Assembly (NCBI GenBank): GCA_027356255.1
Contig: DAIEGL010000177.1
Location: forward strand, 17,405 to 41,404
DNA: 24,000 nt
DNA from: Geobacter sp.
Lineage (GTDB): Bacteria; Desulfobacterota; Desulfuromonadia; Geobacterales; Geobacteraceae
Direction of reading: 5' to 3'
This document shows positions 15,430-23,319 of this stretch, one piece after another (positions within the stretch are counted from its first letter, which is position 1; the number at the start of each line of letters is the position of its first letter). A program made the position numbers and the translations under genes. Below the pieces are notes generated by a model that searched no databases, was not told the origin of the DNA, and saw only the letters and a list, made by a program, of their open reading frames with translations.

Positions 15430-15446
15430 CACAGCTTATAGCTGTG
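15430..15446. promoter_or_regulatory. palindrome CACAGCT-TAT-AGCTGTG upstream of the tyrosine recombinase gene
   Basis: 7-bp perfect arms, 54-70 nt upstream of the ATG at 15376. Possibly an operator. Confidence 0.3.
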
Positions 15447-15631
15447 CCCTTAGGCGACTCTGATCCGTAAATCAGACGCCCTTCGGTTCCTCAATTTTTT
15501 TCCGAACCCGCAGGTTTGGTCCTTGGTCTCAACCAAGAAATCGAGGAGGCATACTGCCGTATCCTTAGTGGAAGACGGAGACGGCACATGACACAGGAGG
15601 GATGTAATGAGTGGTTTTGGGGAGAGGTGCG

Positions 15632-15768
15632 ACGCGATGAGAAAAATCCGTCTCCTCGACGGATATTTCTCATCGCGTGTGAACGCCCGCTGGGCGGGCG
15701 GCGGCCGGCCAGCCGTCTCTTTCTCATTGCTTCGCGTTTGAAAAAGAGACGGCTGGCGAAAGGCGTTC
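15632..15768. other. cluster of long, GC-rich hairpins (candidate structured RNA or DNA site), unassigned
   Basis: Stem 1: 15632-15652 pairs with 15658-15678, 21 bp with one mismatch, loop TCCTC. Stem 2: 15708-15722 pairs with 15743-15757, 15 bp perfect, 20-nt loop. Stem 2 is enclosed by GAACGCC (15681-15687) / GGCGTTC (15762-15768). The 7-mer GAGACGG/CCGTCTC occurs four times. Confidence 0.5.
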
Positions 15769-16371
15769 GAAGGAAATTGCTTTGTTGACCGAACGTGGAG
15801 GGATTTATGGTAATGGCTGCACCGTGATCTCGATGGATGTATAGATGACGAGATGAATTGGTGTGAGCTCTAATGTTGGTAGGAGATGTGTCTTACGACA
15901 CAGTTGAACCTTAAAGCGGGGATACTGATAGTTTTACTGACATGGCGGCAAAGGTTGTCTGGAATGCGTAGGCATGGTCAGAAGGTTAATTTGCTGGATC
16001 AGCATTCTGGATGTTTTTGAGTGTTGTTACTTAAGGAAACAAAGATTGATGAAGTGGGCTCTCGTGGTGGGTACTTGCTGATGTGGCGCAAGATCAAGGA
16101 CAAGAGTCACTACTGGAAAAAAAGTGAATACATCGTCCGATGCTATATGCAGGCGACTGGACGGGGTGTCGCTTGCAGCTTTGACCAACTATGGAGTTGG
16201 ACTGAAAATCCTTGGAGGAAATAATATGTGCTAAGTATCTACCAAAAATAAAATACTTTCAAGAGAAAAATAAGTAGAAGAGCTTTTGATACGTCCCATA
16301 AACAAATTATATATTGTTTTTATATTCGACAATAGAATTTATAAGTAACTATGATAGCACTAAAGTAATAT

Positions 16372-16407
16372 GATTCAAGAAATACCAAATTTGGTATTTC
16401 TTGAATC
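16372..16407. repeat. perfect 36-bp palindrome in a very AT-rich stretch
   Basis: GATTCAAGAAATACCAAA|TTTGGTATTTCTTGAATC, 18 + 18 nt with no mismatch. A second imperfect hairpin (AGGTTGTA-A7-TACAAACCT) follows. Confidence 0.9.
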
Positions 16408-16526
16408 TGTATAGGTTGTAAAAAAATACAAACCTTTAAAGAAATATACATTATCATTAAATAGTAAAGGTTGCCGGCCTGCACAAGAGTCATCGTTAGA
16501 TTTAATAACCTTGACTAGGTGTGCAA

Positions 16527-16817
16527 ATGAGTAATAAGATTTATAGCAATAGACACTATGATCTATGCCACAGTAGCTTCAGAAAATATGATAATTCGTG
16601 TGACAAGATATTCAGCAGACAGAACTCTTGTAAGGATTGCCAAGGCAAGTACAGGTTAATCACTTCCCGATTTGAGGGTTTGGACAATAATGTATTCGCG
16701 AAGGAGCTTGACTTAATTGAGGCTTTCTTGCCCGAATTACTCGATATTCTTTCAAAGACAACTGTTGACGTGGAAGCACCGGGAAATCAAAATCACCGAG
16801 ACCAGCGGGAAAAATGA
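16527..16817 (+). CDS. hypothetical Cys-rich small protein upstream of the serine recombinase
   Basis: 96 aa from the ATG. The N-terminal half has C-x11-C...C-x2-C spacing (possible zinc ribbon) and the C-terminal half is acidic and helical (ELDLIEAFLPELLDIL). The SD is weak. It is co-directional with the recombinase and 63 nt upstream of it. Any role, for example as a directionality factor, is speculation. Confidence 0.35.
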   Translation: MSNKIYSNRHYDLCHSSFRKYDNSCDKIFSRQNSCKDCQGKYRLITSRFEGLDNNVFAKELDLIEAFLPELLDILSKTTVDVEAPGNQNHRDQREK

Positions 16818-16880
16818 AGAGTATCACATGCTCTGATTGTAGGATTGATCCGCTAGTAAGAAGGGAACAGGAGTTAAAAC

Positions 16881-18494
16881 ATGGCAGTAGCGCTCTATGC
16901 ACGTGTTTCAACGGCGAAACAACATGAACGGGATCTGTCTATTCCTGATCAGATCAGGCAGATGCGCGATTGGTGCAAACAAAATGGTTATTTGATTGCA
17001 ACCGAATATGTTGAGCAAGGGCTTTCGGCCACTAATGATCGTCGGCCAGAGTTCCAGCAGATGATTGCAGAAGCTTGTACCAAGCCCTCCCCATTCGAGG
17101 CCATCGTAGTTCATAGTCTCTCACGGTTTTTTCGTGATCAATTAGAGCTGGGCCTGTATGAGAGACAATTGAAAAAGTACGGCGTAAAACTCATTTCTAT
17201 TACGCAGATAACTTCTGATGATGCTGCCGGTGAGATGATGCGGCAAATCCTAAGTATGTTTGACGGTTATCAAAGCAAGGAAAATGCGAAACATACTATG
17301 CGAGCCATGAAAGAAAATGCTCGCCAAGGCTTTTTTAACGGATCAAAACCTCCTTTCGGTTATAAGGTGGTTGAAGCTGATATGCCTGCGAGGAATGGAA
17401 ACAAGAAACGGCTCGAAATTGAGCCGACTGAAGCAGAAGTCGTAAAGAATATCTTTGCCCTGTATCTTGGTAAAGTAGGGAAAAGCTATGGAATCAAGGG
17501 AATCGCGTCTCATCTGAATTCGCTTGGGATGACCGCAAGGGGGAGACGCTGGGCTCGTGGTTACATTAACAAGATTCTTTCCAATACCGCCTATATCGGC
17601 GAATATTATTTTAATAAAACCAATGCAAAAAGCAGGAAAGGCAAGCCTGAGACGGAATGGGTTCTTGTTAAAGTTCCTGAAGTCATTGATAAAGAAACAT
17701 TCGAAAATGCTCGGGAACGAAGAGAGGAGCGGCAACCTTCAAAGAAAAATCCTGCACAGGAGTCATCACCGACTCTATTGACAGGTCTACTCAAGTGCGG
17801 GGAGTGTGGCGCAGGAATGACCCTCGCCACAGGCAAAAGCGGTCGCTACCGTTACTATAAATGTACGAACAGAATCAACAAGGGAAATGAACTCTGCAAA
17901 AGCAAAAATATACCAATGGATAAGCTTGATGAAATGATATTGAAGACAATTGGCGAGAAAATTTTTACCCCAGCTCGCGTACTTGCGATGATCAAAGAAT
18001 TGCAGAAACGGATGCAATTGTCTTTATCAAAAAATGACGATGCATTGAAAACTCTAAGGAAAGAGATGGAAGAGTTGAAGCTAAAGATGGATCGTCTATG
18101 TGAGGCACTTGAAAATGGCCTTTTACCCCAAGAGGTGATTCGTGACCGCTCGCAGAACCTTCAGGTAAGACGTCAGGCAATCCTTAAAGAAATGGCAGGA
18201 TTAAAGCGGCGGCAAGAATTGCCGTTCAAGGATTTGGGGCACCAAAAGGTTTACGATTTCTGTCAGGTGCTCAATGCAAAGCTTCATGACCCTGCATCTA
18301 ATTTTGGTAAAGAATACCTGAAAATGCTTGTGGAAGAAATTTGCGTTGAAGAGAAGGAGATTAAGCTGAAAGGGAAACTTACCGATATTGCAAGCGCTGT
18401 AAACAAAACGGCTCTGGGACTCACTATTGGAGTGCCCAGAGCCGGTAATGATTGGCTCCCCAACCCGGACTCGAACCAGGGACATGGTGGTTAA
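16881..18494 (+). CDS. large serine recombinase (resolvase catalytic domain, recombinase domain, zinc ribbon, coiled coil)
   Basis: SD AGGAG lies upstream. The N-terminus VALYARVSTAKQ carries the catalytic Ser. Other features: SLSRFFRD, GYQSKENAKHTMRAM, the zinc ribbon LKCGECGAGM...YYKC and a long coiled coil. The last 14 codons (18453-18494) are antisense to tRNA-Asn. Confidence 0.9.
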   Translation: MAVALYARVSTAKQHERDLSIPDQIRQMRDWCKQNGYLIATEYVEQGLSATNDRRPEFQQMIAEACTKPSPFEAIVVHSLSRFFRDQLELGLYERQLKKYGVKLISITQITSDDAAGEMMRQILSMFDGYQSKENAKHTMRAMKENARQGFFNGSKPPFGYKVVEADMPARNGNKKRLEIEPTEAEVVKNIFALYLGKVGKSYGIKGIASHLNSLGMTARGRRWARGYINKILSNTAYIGEYYFNKTNAKSRKGKPETEWVLVKVPEVIDKETFENARERREERQPSKKNPAQESSPTLLTGLLKCGECGAGMTLATGKSGRYRYYKCTNRINKGNELCKSKNIPMDKLDEMILKTIGEKIFTPARVLAMIKELQKRMQLSLSKNDDALKTLRKEMEELKLKMDRLCEALENGLLPQEVIRDRSQNLQVRRQAILKEMAGLKRRQELPFKDLGHQKVYDFCQVLNAKLHDPASNFGKEYLKMLVEEICVEEKEIKLKGKLTDIASAVNKTALGLTIGVPRAGNDWLPNPDSNQGHGG

Positions 18495-18528
18495 CAGCCA
18501 CCCGCTCTACCGACTGAGCTATTGGGGA
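18453..18528 (-). tRNA. tRNA-Asn (anticodon GTT), 76 nt with encoded CCA
   Basis: Hand-folded sequence: TCCCCAA-TA-GCTC-AGTCGGTA-GAGC-G-GGTGG-CTGTTAA-CCACC-ATGTC-CCTGG-TTCGAGT-CCGGG-TTGGGGA-G-CCA. All four stems pair, with one G-U in the T stem. Confidence 0.9.
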
Positions 18529-18596
18529 ATAAATTGTTGAAATCACCGGGTTTTTTCAGCTCTTTTGACATGCCGGATGAATTCAAAGAGGCTCAC

Positions 18597-18625
18597 TTTA
18601 TAGCATGTCCCATCCCACGCGTCAA
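18597..18625 (-). promoter_or_regulatory. putative sigma70 promoter of tRNA-Asn
   Basis: Minus strand reads TTGACG-17 nt-TATAAA. The -10 ends about 68 nt upstream of the mature tRNA 5' end. Confidence 0.5.
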
Positions 18626-18681
18626 TAAAATTCTTAACTTCTGTCAGTACCGGTATTTCGCTTGTATTATCCCGACTGGCA

Positions 18682-19848
18682 TTACTGGGGTGAAAGACGC
18701 CGGTGTGACGAGGAATCCATACCCATTCCTGCACCGAGAGCCGCATAGATGCGGGCAGCTGCCGTTATCTGGTCAAAGATGACCTGCTCGTCGGGTGTAT
18801 GGGCGGTTTCAAGGGAGCCGGGGCCGAGGATGAGCGGCTTAGAGCCTGCGGCAAAGAAGAGGTTGCCGTCCGAGTGGGAGCGGAAGGCATCCAGGCGAAG
18901 CTCAAGTCCCATCTCCGGGTAGATTTCCCGCAGGATCTGCGCAGGCCGGTTGCCGGTGCCGAGGTTGTAGCCAGAGGAGGCGAAATTGAAGGTTGTGTCC
19001 AGATTCAGGCCGGGGATGAAGTGTTCGGCCGTTGCGACCACCCTGCGGATCGCCTCCTGGATGGCGGCAGGGTCTTTGTCCGGCGGCAGATGCAGATCGA
19101 TCCAGGCCTCGCAGCGGTCAGGGACGACAAAACCTGCCCGCGCCGAACTCATCTCCCGGATCGAATAGATGATTTCAGATTTCTCCCGGTCGAAAAGCGG
19201 GTCTTTCCCCAGCTGCAACAGCACGCGCAGCATCGATTCTACGGCGTTGTGCCCCAGCTCGGGGAGGGAAGAGTGGCTTCTGCGGCCGCGGGTGACGAAA
19301 CCTGCCTCAAGGTAGCCGTAATGGGCGAAGCAGGCGGCCAGTTCGGTCGGTTCGCCGATGACGACCCACGGTGGGCGGCATGTGTCAAGGAAAGCTGCGC
19401 TCCCGTCGCCGTTTTCTTCCTCCCCGACCGCAAGGAGGAGACCCAGCGGCGGCCGCTCCGCCGATGGGAGGGCGGCGGCAATGGCCAGCCAGGCCTCGAC
19501 CATGGCAGCGCATCCCCCCTTCATGTCGGCGCACCCCAGACCGCGGATTATGCCGTCTTTCTCCTCTGCCCCAAATGCTTCCAGATCCCAGGCCGGAACG
19601 GTATCCACATGGCCTACCAGATAGAGCTGTGGCTCTTTCCCCCCCATGGTTACGCGCAGGTTGTATCGCTCGTCATCCACCTCCTGGCGTTCCACGTCGA
19701 AGCCGGCCCGGGTGAGGAGTTCTTCCAGATAGAGCTGGATGTCCTCTTCCTTGCCGGAAGGGGAATAGATGTCCAAGAGCTCCAGGAACGTTCTCCGCAG
19801 CCGTTCGGGACTGATCTCCCGCCAAATCCTTTTCAGCTGGCCGGTCAT
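18682..19848 (-). CDS. M20 family metallopeptidase (ArgE/DapE-like deacylase)
   Basis: The track ORF extends to 20178. I start at MTGQLKRIW, whose ATG overlaps the upstream GNAT stop (ATGA). Motifs: LVGHVDTVP, GLGCADMKGG, VGEEENGDGS. Confidence 0.75.
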   Translation of the reverse strand: MTGQLKRIWREISPERLRRTFLELLDIYSPSGKEEDIQLYLEELLTRAGFDVERQEVDDERYNLRVTMGGKEPQLYLVGHVDTVPAWDLEAFGAEEKDGIIRGLGCADMKGGCAAMVEAWLAIAAALPSAERPPLGLLLAVGEEENGDGSAAFLDTCRPPWVVIGEPTELAACFAHYGYLEAGFVTRGRRSHSSLPELGHNAVESMLRVLLQLGKDPLFDREKSEIIYSIREMSSARAGFVVPDRCEAWIDLHLPPDKDPAAIQEAIRRVVATAEHFIPGLNLDTTFNFASSGYNLGTGNRPAQILREIYPEMGLELRLDAFRSHSDGNLFFAAGSKPLILGPGSLETAHTPDEQVIFDQITAAARIYAALGAGMGMDSSSHRRLSPQ

Positions 19849-20357
19849 GGCTTCTTTCCGGGCTTGGATTTTGCCTTGCGGGTCAGGTTGAGTGACATGT
19901 ACACGTGTTCCTGGATATTGTTGAACCCCTGTTTCTGGAAGAAGCGGACGGCTGGCTGGTTGTCGGCGGAGGTGTCGATGAAGATCATCCGCACCCCCTG
20001 CTCCCTCATGCGACGCTTTATCTCCTTGAACAGCCCGCCCCCCACGCCGCTTTGCTGGGTGTTTCCACGGACTCCGAGCCAGACCAGATAGCCGTATTTC
20101 CAGGGGGAATTGTGCTTGTCCACCGTGGTTCCCAGGGCAAAACCGAGGATCTTGTCCCCGGCTTCCGCCACCAGGCACAGTTCGTTGTCGGAATTGAAAA
20201 GAGTGATGATTTCGTATTCGTCCCAGGTGCGGTAGAGGCTCTGGGAATACTCGGCGGTAAAGACCTCCTCGCCGATATGGAAGACCTCGGGAAAATCATC
20301 GATGGTCATCCCTCGGATTCGAAGCGTTTCTTCGCCGGCAGCTGGATTTTCTGACAT
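19845..20357 (-). CDS. GNAT family N-acetyltransferase
   Basis: 170-aa ORF with the acetyl-CoA motif VRGNTQQSGVGGGLF and a C-terminal FFQKQGF block. It is translationally coupled to the M20 gene. Confidence 0.8.
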   Translation of the reverse strand: MSENPAAGEETLRIRGMTIDDFPEVFHIGEEVFTAEYSQSLYRTWDEYEIITLFNSDNELCLVAEAGDKILGFALGTTVDKHNSPWKYGYLVWLGVRGNTQQSGVGGGLFKEIKRRMREQGVRMIFIDTSADNQPAVRFFQKQGFNNIQEHVYMSLNLTRKAKSKPGKKP

Positions 20358-20587
20358 GACGTGACCTCAATGATTGAAATGGCACCACCCTTATAACTAT
20401 AACAGATTTCGCCCTCCGCACATCGAATGTCCGCGCATCATGGCGAGATTCTGTAACCGTAAATAAATATTTGACATCGGTTGATTGTCAATTAAAGTTT
20501 TTTAAGACGACAAAGGATCGATGATGATCGATTCTGGGCCGGGGTGATGTTTCACCTCTGCAAACTTATCCACCAAGGAGGCGCTTC

Positions 20588-21964
20588 ATGAAAAAGATTT
20601 CCAGTTACCTCATGGTCCCACTGTTTCTCTTCGTCGTTGCCTCATCGGCCATGGCGGCCGGTATCCAGCCCGATTCCTTTACCCTTTCCGGTATTGTTGG
20701 CGGGTACAGCTTCGACGGTAAGCAGCACCTGGAAACGAGGCCAGTTGTCGGTATTCGTGGCGGCTACAATTTTACCAAATATGTCGGCGTGGAGGCTCTG
20801 TTTGATTATGTGCCGACGGAGGGGACCCGGACCAGTGACGACGCCAACGTGTACCGCTATGGCGGTGACGTCCTGCTCCACCTTTTGCCCGACAGCGACC
20901 TGGTTCCCTATCTGGCGGCCGGTTACAGCGGTATCTCCCTGGACCGGGAAAACCAGAAAACGAATAACCTGGGTGTCTTTGATTACGGGGTGGGGCTCAA
21001 GTACTTCGTGACCGACGAGCTGGCGCTGCGAGGCGATTTCAGGCATCTGGTCTTCAGGGATGGTGGCGAGACCCTCTACAATTACGAGTACACCGTGGGA
21101 GTGTCGTTCCAGTTCGGCGGGGAAAAGCCCGCCCCGCCTCCAGTACCTGCTCCGGTCGTGCAACCGGCTCCGGAACCACCGCTCGAGCCGGTTCCTGCGG
21201 CTGAACCCGCCCCTGGTCATTACAAATACTGCGTCACTCTCCACATGGAGTATGACATTTGCAGGGCGGACATTCGACCGGAATACCATGACGAGGTGGC
21301 TAAGATCGGCGACTTCATGAAAAAATATCCGACAACCACCGCCGTCATCGAGGGGCATACCGACAATGTCCCCGTCACCCCCCGTTGCGAGTATAAAGAC
21401 AATATGGCACTTTCCCAGGCCCGGGCCGAGAAGGTCGTAGACTACTTGGTGGAGAAGTTTGGTATCGACAGATCCCGCCTCTCTGCCAAAGGATATGGCT
21501 TCACCCGTCCCGTTGCCGACAACTCCACCAATGAGGGTAAGCAGAAGAACCGCCGCATCGAGGCCATCATCGACTGCGCCTTTGTCCCCCAGGAGATAAC
21601 GCCTCCCGAAAAGCTCTGCATGATGCTTCAGATGCAATTCGACACCGGAAAGGCGAACATCAAGCCCGAGTACCGGGATGAGATCGCCAAGGTCGCAGAT
21701 TATATGAAAAAATATCCGACGACCACCGCAGTCATCGAGGGGCACACCGACAACGTGGGTGGGTATGAGTACAACATGAAGCTTTCCCAGGCGCGGGCGG
21801 AAAACGTGGTGAACTATCTGGTGGATAACTTCGGCATCGAGCGCTCCCGCCTATCCGCCAAGGGATATGGCTACACCCGGAGCATCGCCTACAACAATAC
21901 CCCCGAGGGGAGACAGAAGAATCGGAGAATCAATGCGGTCATCGACTGCGTGGTCAAAAAGTAA
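20588..21964 (+). CDS. OmpA family outer-membrane protein: N-terminal beta-barrel, Pro-rich linker, two tandem OmpA-C domains
   Basis: SD GGAGG and a signal peptide (MKKISSYLMVPLFLFVVASSAMA). Beta-barrel-like alternating strands are followed by the linker PAPPPVPAPVVQPAPEPPLEPVPAAEPAP. Two copies of the ...KKYPTTTAVIEGHTDNV...LSQARAE...KGYG...NRRI... domain follow. Confidence 0.85.
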   Translation: MKKISSYLMVPLFLFVVASSAMAAGIQPDSFTLSGIVGGYSFDGKQHLETRPVVGIRGGYNFTKYVGVEALFDYVPTEGTRTSDDANVYRYGGDVLLHLLPDSDLVPYLAAGYSGISLDRENQKTNNLGVFDYGVGLKYFVTDELALRGDFRHLVFRDGGETLYNYEYTVGVSFQFGGEKPAPPPVPAPVVQPAPEPPLEPVPAAEPAPGHYKYCVTLHMEYDICRADIRPEYHDEVAKIGDFMKKYPTTTAVIEGHTDNVPVTPRCEYKDNMALSQARAEKVVDYLVEKFGIDRSRLSAKGYGFTRPVADNSTNEGKQKNRRIEAIIDCAFVPQEITPPEKLCMMLQMQFDTGKANIKPEYRDEIAKVADYMKKYPTTTAVIEGHTDNVGGYEYNMKLSQARAENVVNYLVDNFGIERSRLSAKGYGYTRSIAYNNTPEGRQKNRRINAVIDCVVKK

Positions 21965-21980
21965 GGGCAAAACGGCTGAT

Positions 21981-22019
21981 AAAAAAAGCCCATGGGAGTT
22001 TCTCCCATGGGCTTTTTTT
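21981..22019. terminator. bidirectional Rho-independent terminator between ompA-like and mglA
   Basis: 12-bp perfect stem AGCCCATGGGAG / CTCCCATGGGCT, flanked by an A7 run on one side and a T7 run on the other. Confidence 0.8.
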
Positions 22020-22061
22020 GTCGCTATGTGCGTCAACCAGTCGCTTCCGACCGGTAAACCC

Positions 22062-22649
22062 CTATTTTCCCTTCTTCAGGTCGATCAGTATCAGCTTGGC
22101 TACCGCCTTCAGCGTCTCAAACACACCCTCGCCGGTGGTTGCGCAGGCCTCGAAATCCGGGATGTTGGTGGGGTTCAGCTCCTTGCGCAACTCTTCAATG
22201 CTGACCACGTTGGGGAGGTCGCGCTTGTTGTACTGGATCACGTAGGGGATCTTGTCCAGATCGTACCCCTGCTCAGAAAGGTTTATGCGGAGGTTTTCTA
22301 TGGACTCGATGTTGGCATCCATCCGCTCTTCCTGCGAATCGGCGACGAAAACTACGCCGTCAACCCCCTTCAGGATCAGCTTTCGCGAGGCGTCGTAGAA
22401 TACCTGACCAGGCACGGTGTACAGGTGAAAGCGGGTCTTGAACCCCCTGATCTCGCCCAGGGCCAGCGGCAGAAAATCAAAAAAAAGCGTGCGTTCCGTT
22501 TCCGTGGCAAGGCTAATCATTTTGCCCTTTGCTTCGGGAGCGGTCTTCTGGTAGACAAACTGCAGATTGGTTGTTTTGCCGCAGAGGCCGGGACCGTAAT
22601 AAACGATTTTACAGTTTATCTCACGGGAGGCGTAGTTGATGAAGGACAT
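22062..22649 (-). CDS. mglA: Ras-like small GTPase MglA
   Basis: The 195-aa product [30 protein letters not shown]...TVPGQVFY...NKRD is close to the MglA sequence as I recall it, and it is followed upstream by its partner gene mglB. Confidence 0.9.
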   Translation of the reverse strand: MSFINYASREINCKIVYYGPGLCGKTTNLQFVYQKTAPEAKGKMISLATETERTLFFDFLPLALGEIRGFKTRFHLYTVPGQVFYDASRKLILKGVDGVVFVADSQEERMDANIESIENLRINLSEQGYDLDKIPYVIQYNKRDLPNVVSIEELRKELNPTNIPDFEACATTGEGVFETLKAVAKLILIDLKKGK

Positions 22650-22668
22650 CTGACTTTACCCCAATTGG

Positions 22669-23160
22669 TTAGCTGAACAGGTTATCGATATCATCGTCGG
22701 TGATTTCGGCAAAGGGGAAATCCGTGTCGCCGCTTTTTTCCTTTTCCTCCGCCTTCTGCATGAGTCTTGCGAAGATGGTGGTCAGTTCTTCCGAAGCCTT
22801 CTTTACACGGAGACGCACCAGACCGAGCGAGGAGCGGTTGTCGAACAGGACGACGAGGATCACCCTGCCGCCGACGATGGATATATGCAGATTGTCTTTC
22901 TCACCTTCATGGAAAAGGATGGAAAACTCCTTTTCGCCGATGAGCTTTGCCAGACCGCCCGTAGCAGCGATGTTGCCGGCGGTCAACGATGCCAACGAGG
23001 TGGTGTCGAAGCGCTCGGTCTCCCCCACGCCGGTGATCAGCTGGCCGTTCTTGTCCACCAGGAAAATCACCTTGCTGTTGGCTTCCCTTAAGAGCTTTTC
23101 AATAACAGCGTTTATCTGTTTGAATTCCTCATCGTACATAACCATCTGAGGATTCGACAT
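22669..23160 (-). CDS. mglB: Roadblock/LC7-domain GTPase-activating protein MglB
   Basis: 163 aa with a Roadblock-like core (VIFLVDKNGQLITGVGE...LASLTAGNIAATGGLA) and an acidic C-terminal tail. It lies immediately upstream of mglA in the same operon. Confidence 0.8.
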   Translation of the reverse strand: MSNPQMVMYDEEFKQINAVIEKLLREANSKVIFLVDKNGQLITGVGETERFDTTSLASLTAGNIAATGGLAKLIGEKEFSILFHEGEKDNLHISIVGGRVILVVLFDNRSSLGLVRLRVKKASEELTTIFARLMQKAEEKEKSGDTDFPFAEITDDDIDNLFS

Positions 23161-23262
23161 GTAACACCCCTTGTGCTGTACAAAAATTTTATTACAGCGG
23201 ATTTTATATAACAGAATTAAATGATACTTTCAAGGCTTTTAAAGGAAGGCGCATTCAGCCGT

Positions 23263-23297
23263 AAAAAAGCCCCGGCATGGCTGCCGGGGCTTTTTTT
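23263..23297. terminator. bidirectional Rho-independent terminator downstream of the PFOR gene
   Basis: 10-bp stem AGCCCCGGCA / TGCCGGGGCT with loop TGGC, flanked by an A run and a T7 run. Confidence 0.75.
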
Positions 23298-23319
23298 ACG
23301 GTTTCGACGGAGCGGCTAC

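Larger units (their letters stand above)
11544..18452. mobile_element. about 6.9-kb integrative island inserted at the 3' end of tRNA-Asn
   Basis: The region is visibly AT-richer than both flanks and is bounded by the 18-nt imperfect direct repeat of the tRNA 3' end. It carries a serine and a tyrosine recombinase plus only small unknown ORFs. The neighbouring host GNAT gene is damaged. Confidence 0.7.

Noticed and set aside
15607-15741. 44-codon ORF (MSGFGERCDAMRKIRLLDGYF...) preceded by a strong AGGAGGG SD
   Set aside because: It runs straight through both long hairpins, the product has no protein-like features, and it is too short to evaluate. I note it only as a possibility.
15571-15752. 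Cluster of type IIS restriction sites (CGTCTC/GAGACG four times, GAAGAC once), suggestive of engineered DNA
   Set aside because: The sites are simply the repeated GAGACGG/CCGTCTC 7-mer that forms the hairpin stems. Nothing else around looks synthetic.
15632-15768. Retron msr/msd or group II intron interpretation of the long hairpins
   Set aside because: No reverse transcriptase ORF exists anywhere in the window, and I see no domain-V-like or msr-like conserved motifs.
16021-16224. 67-aa ORF as a real gene
   Set aside because: It has a non-ATG start with no SD. Only a short stretch faintly resembles replication-initiator N-termini, so at best it is a gene fragment.
16372-16407. The 36-bp palindrome as attP of the serine recombinase
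   Set aside because: The element is integrated, so attP should be split. A perfectly symmetric site, including a symmetric centre, would also lack the polarity serine-integrase att sites need.
18799-22676. Long shadow ORFs 18799..20091(+), 19905..20354(+), 20642..21745(-) and 21867..22676(+)
   Set aside because: Each lies antisense to a gene with clear family motifs (M20, GNAT, OmpA, MglA) and has no motifs or SD of its own.
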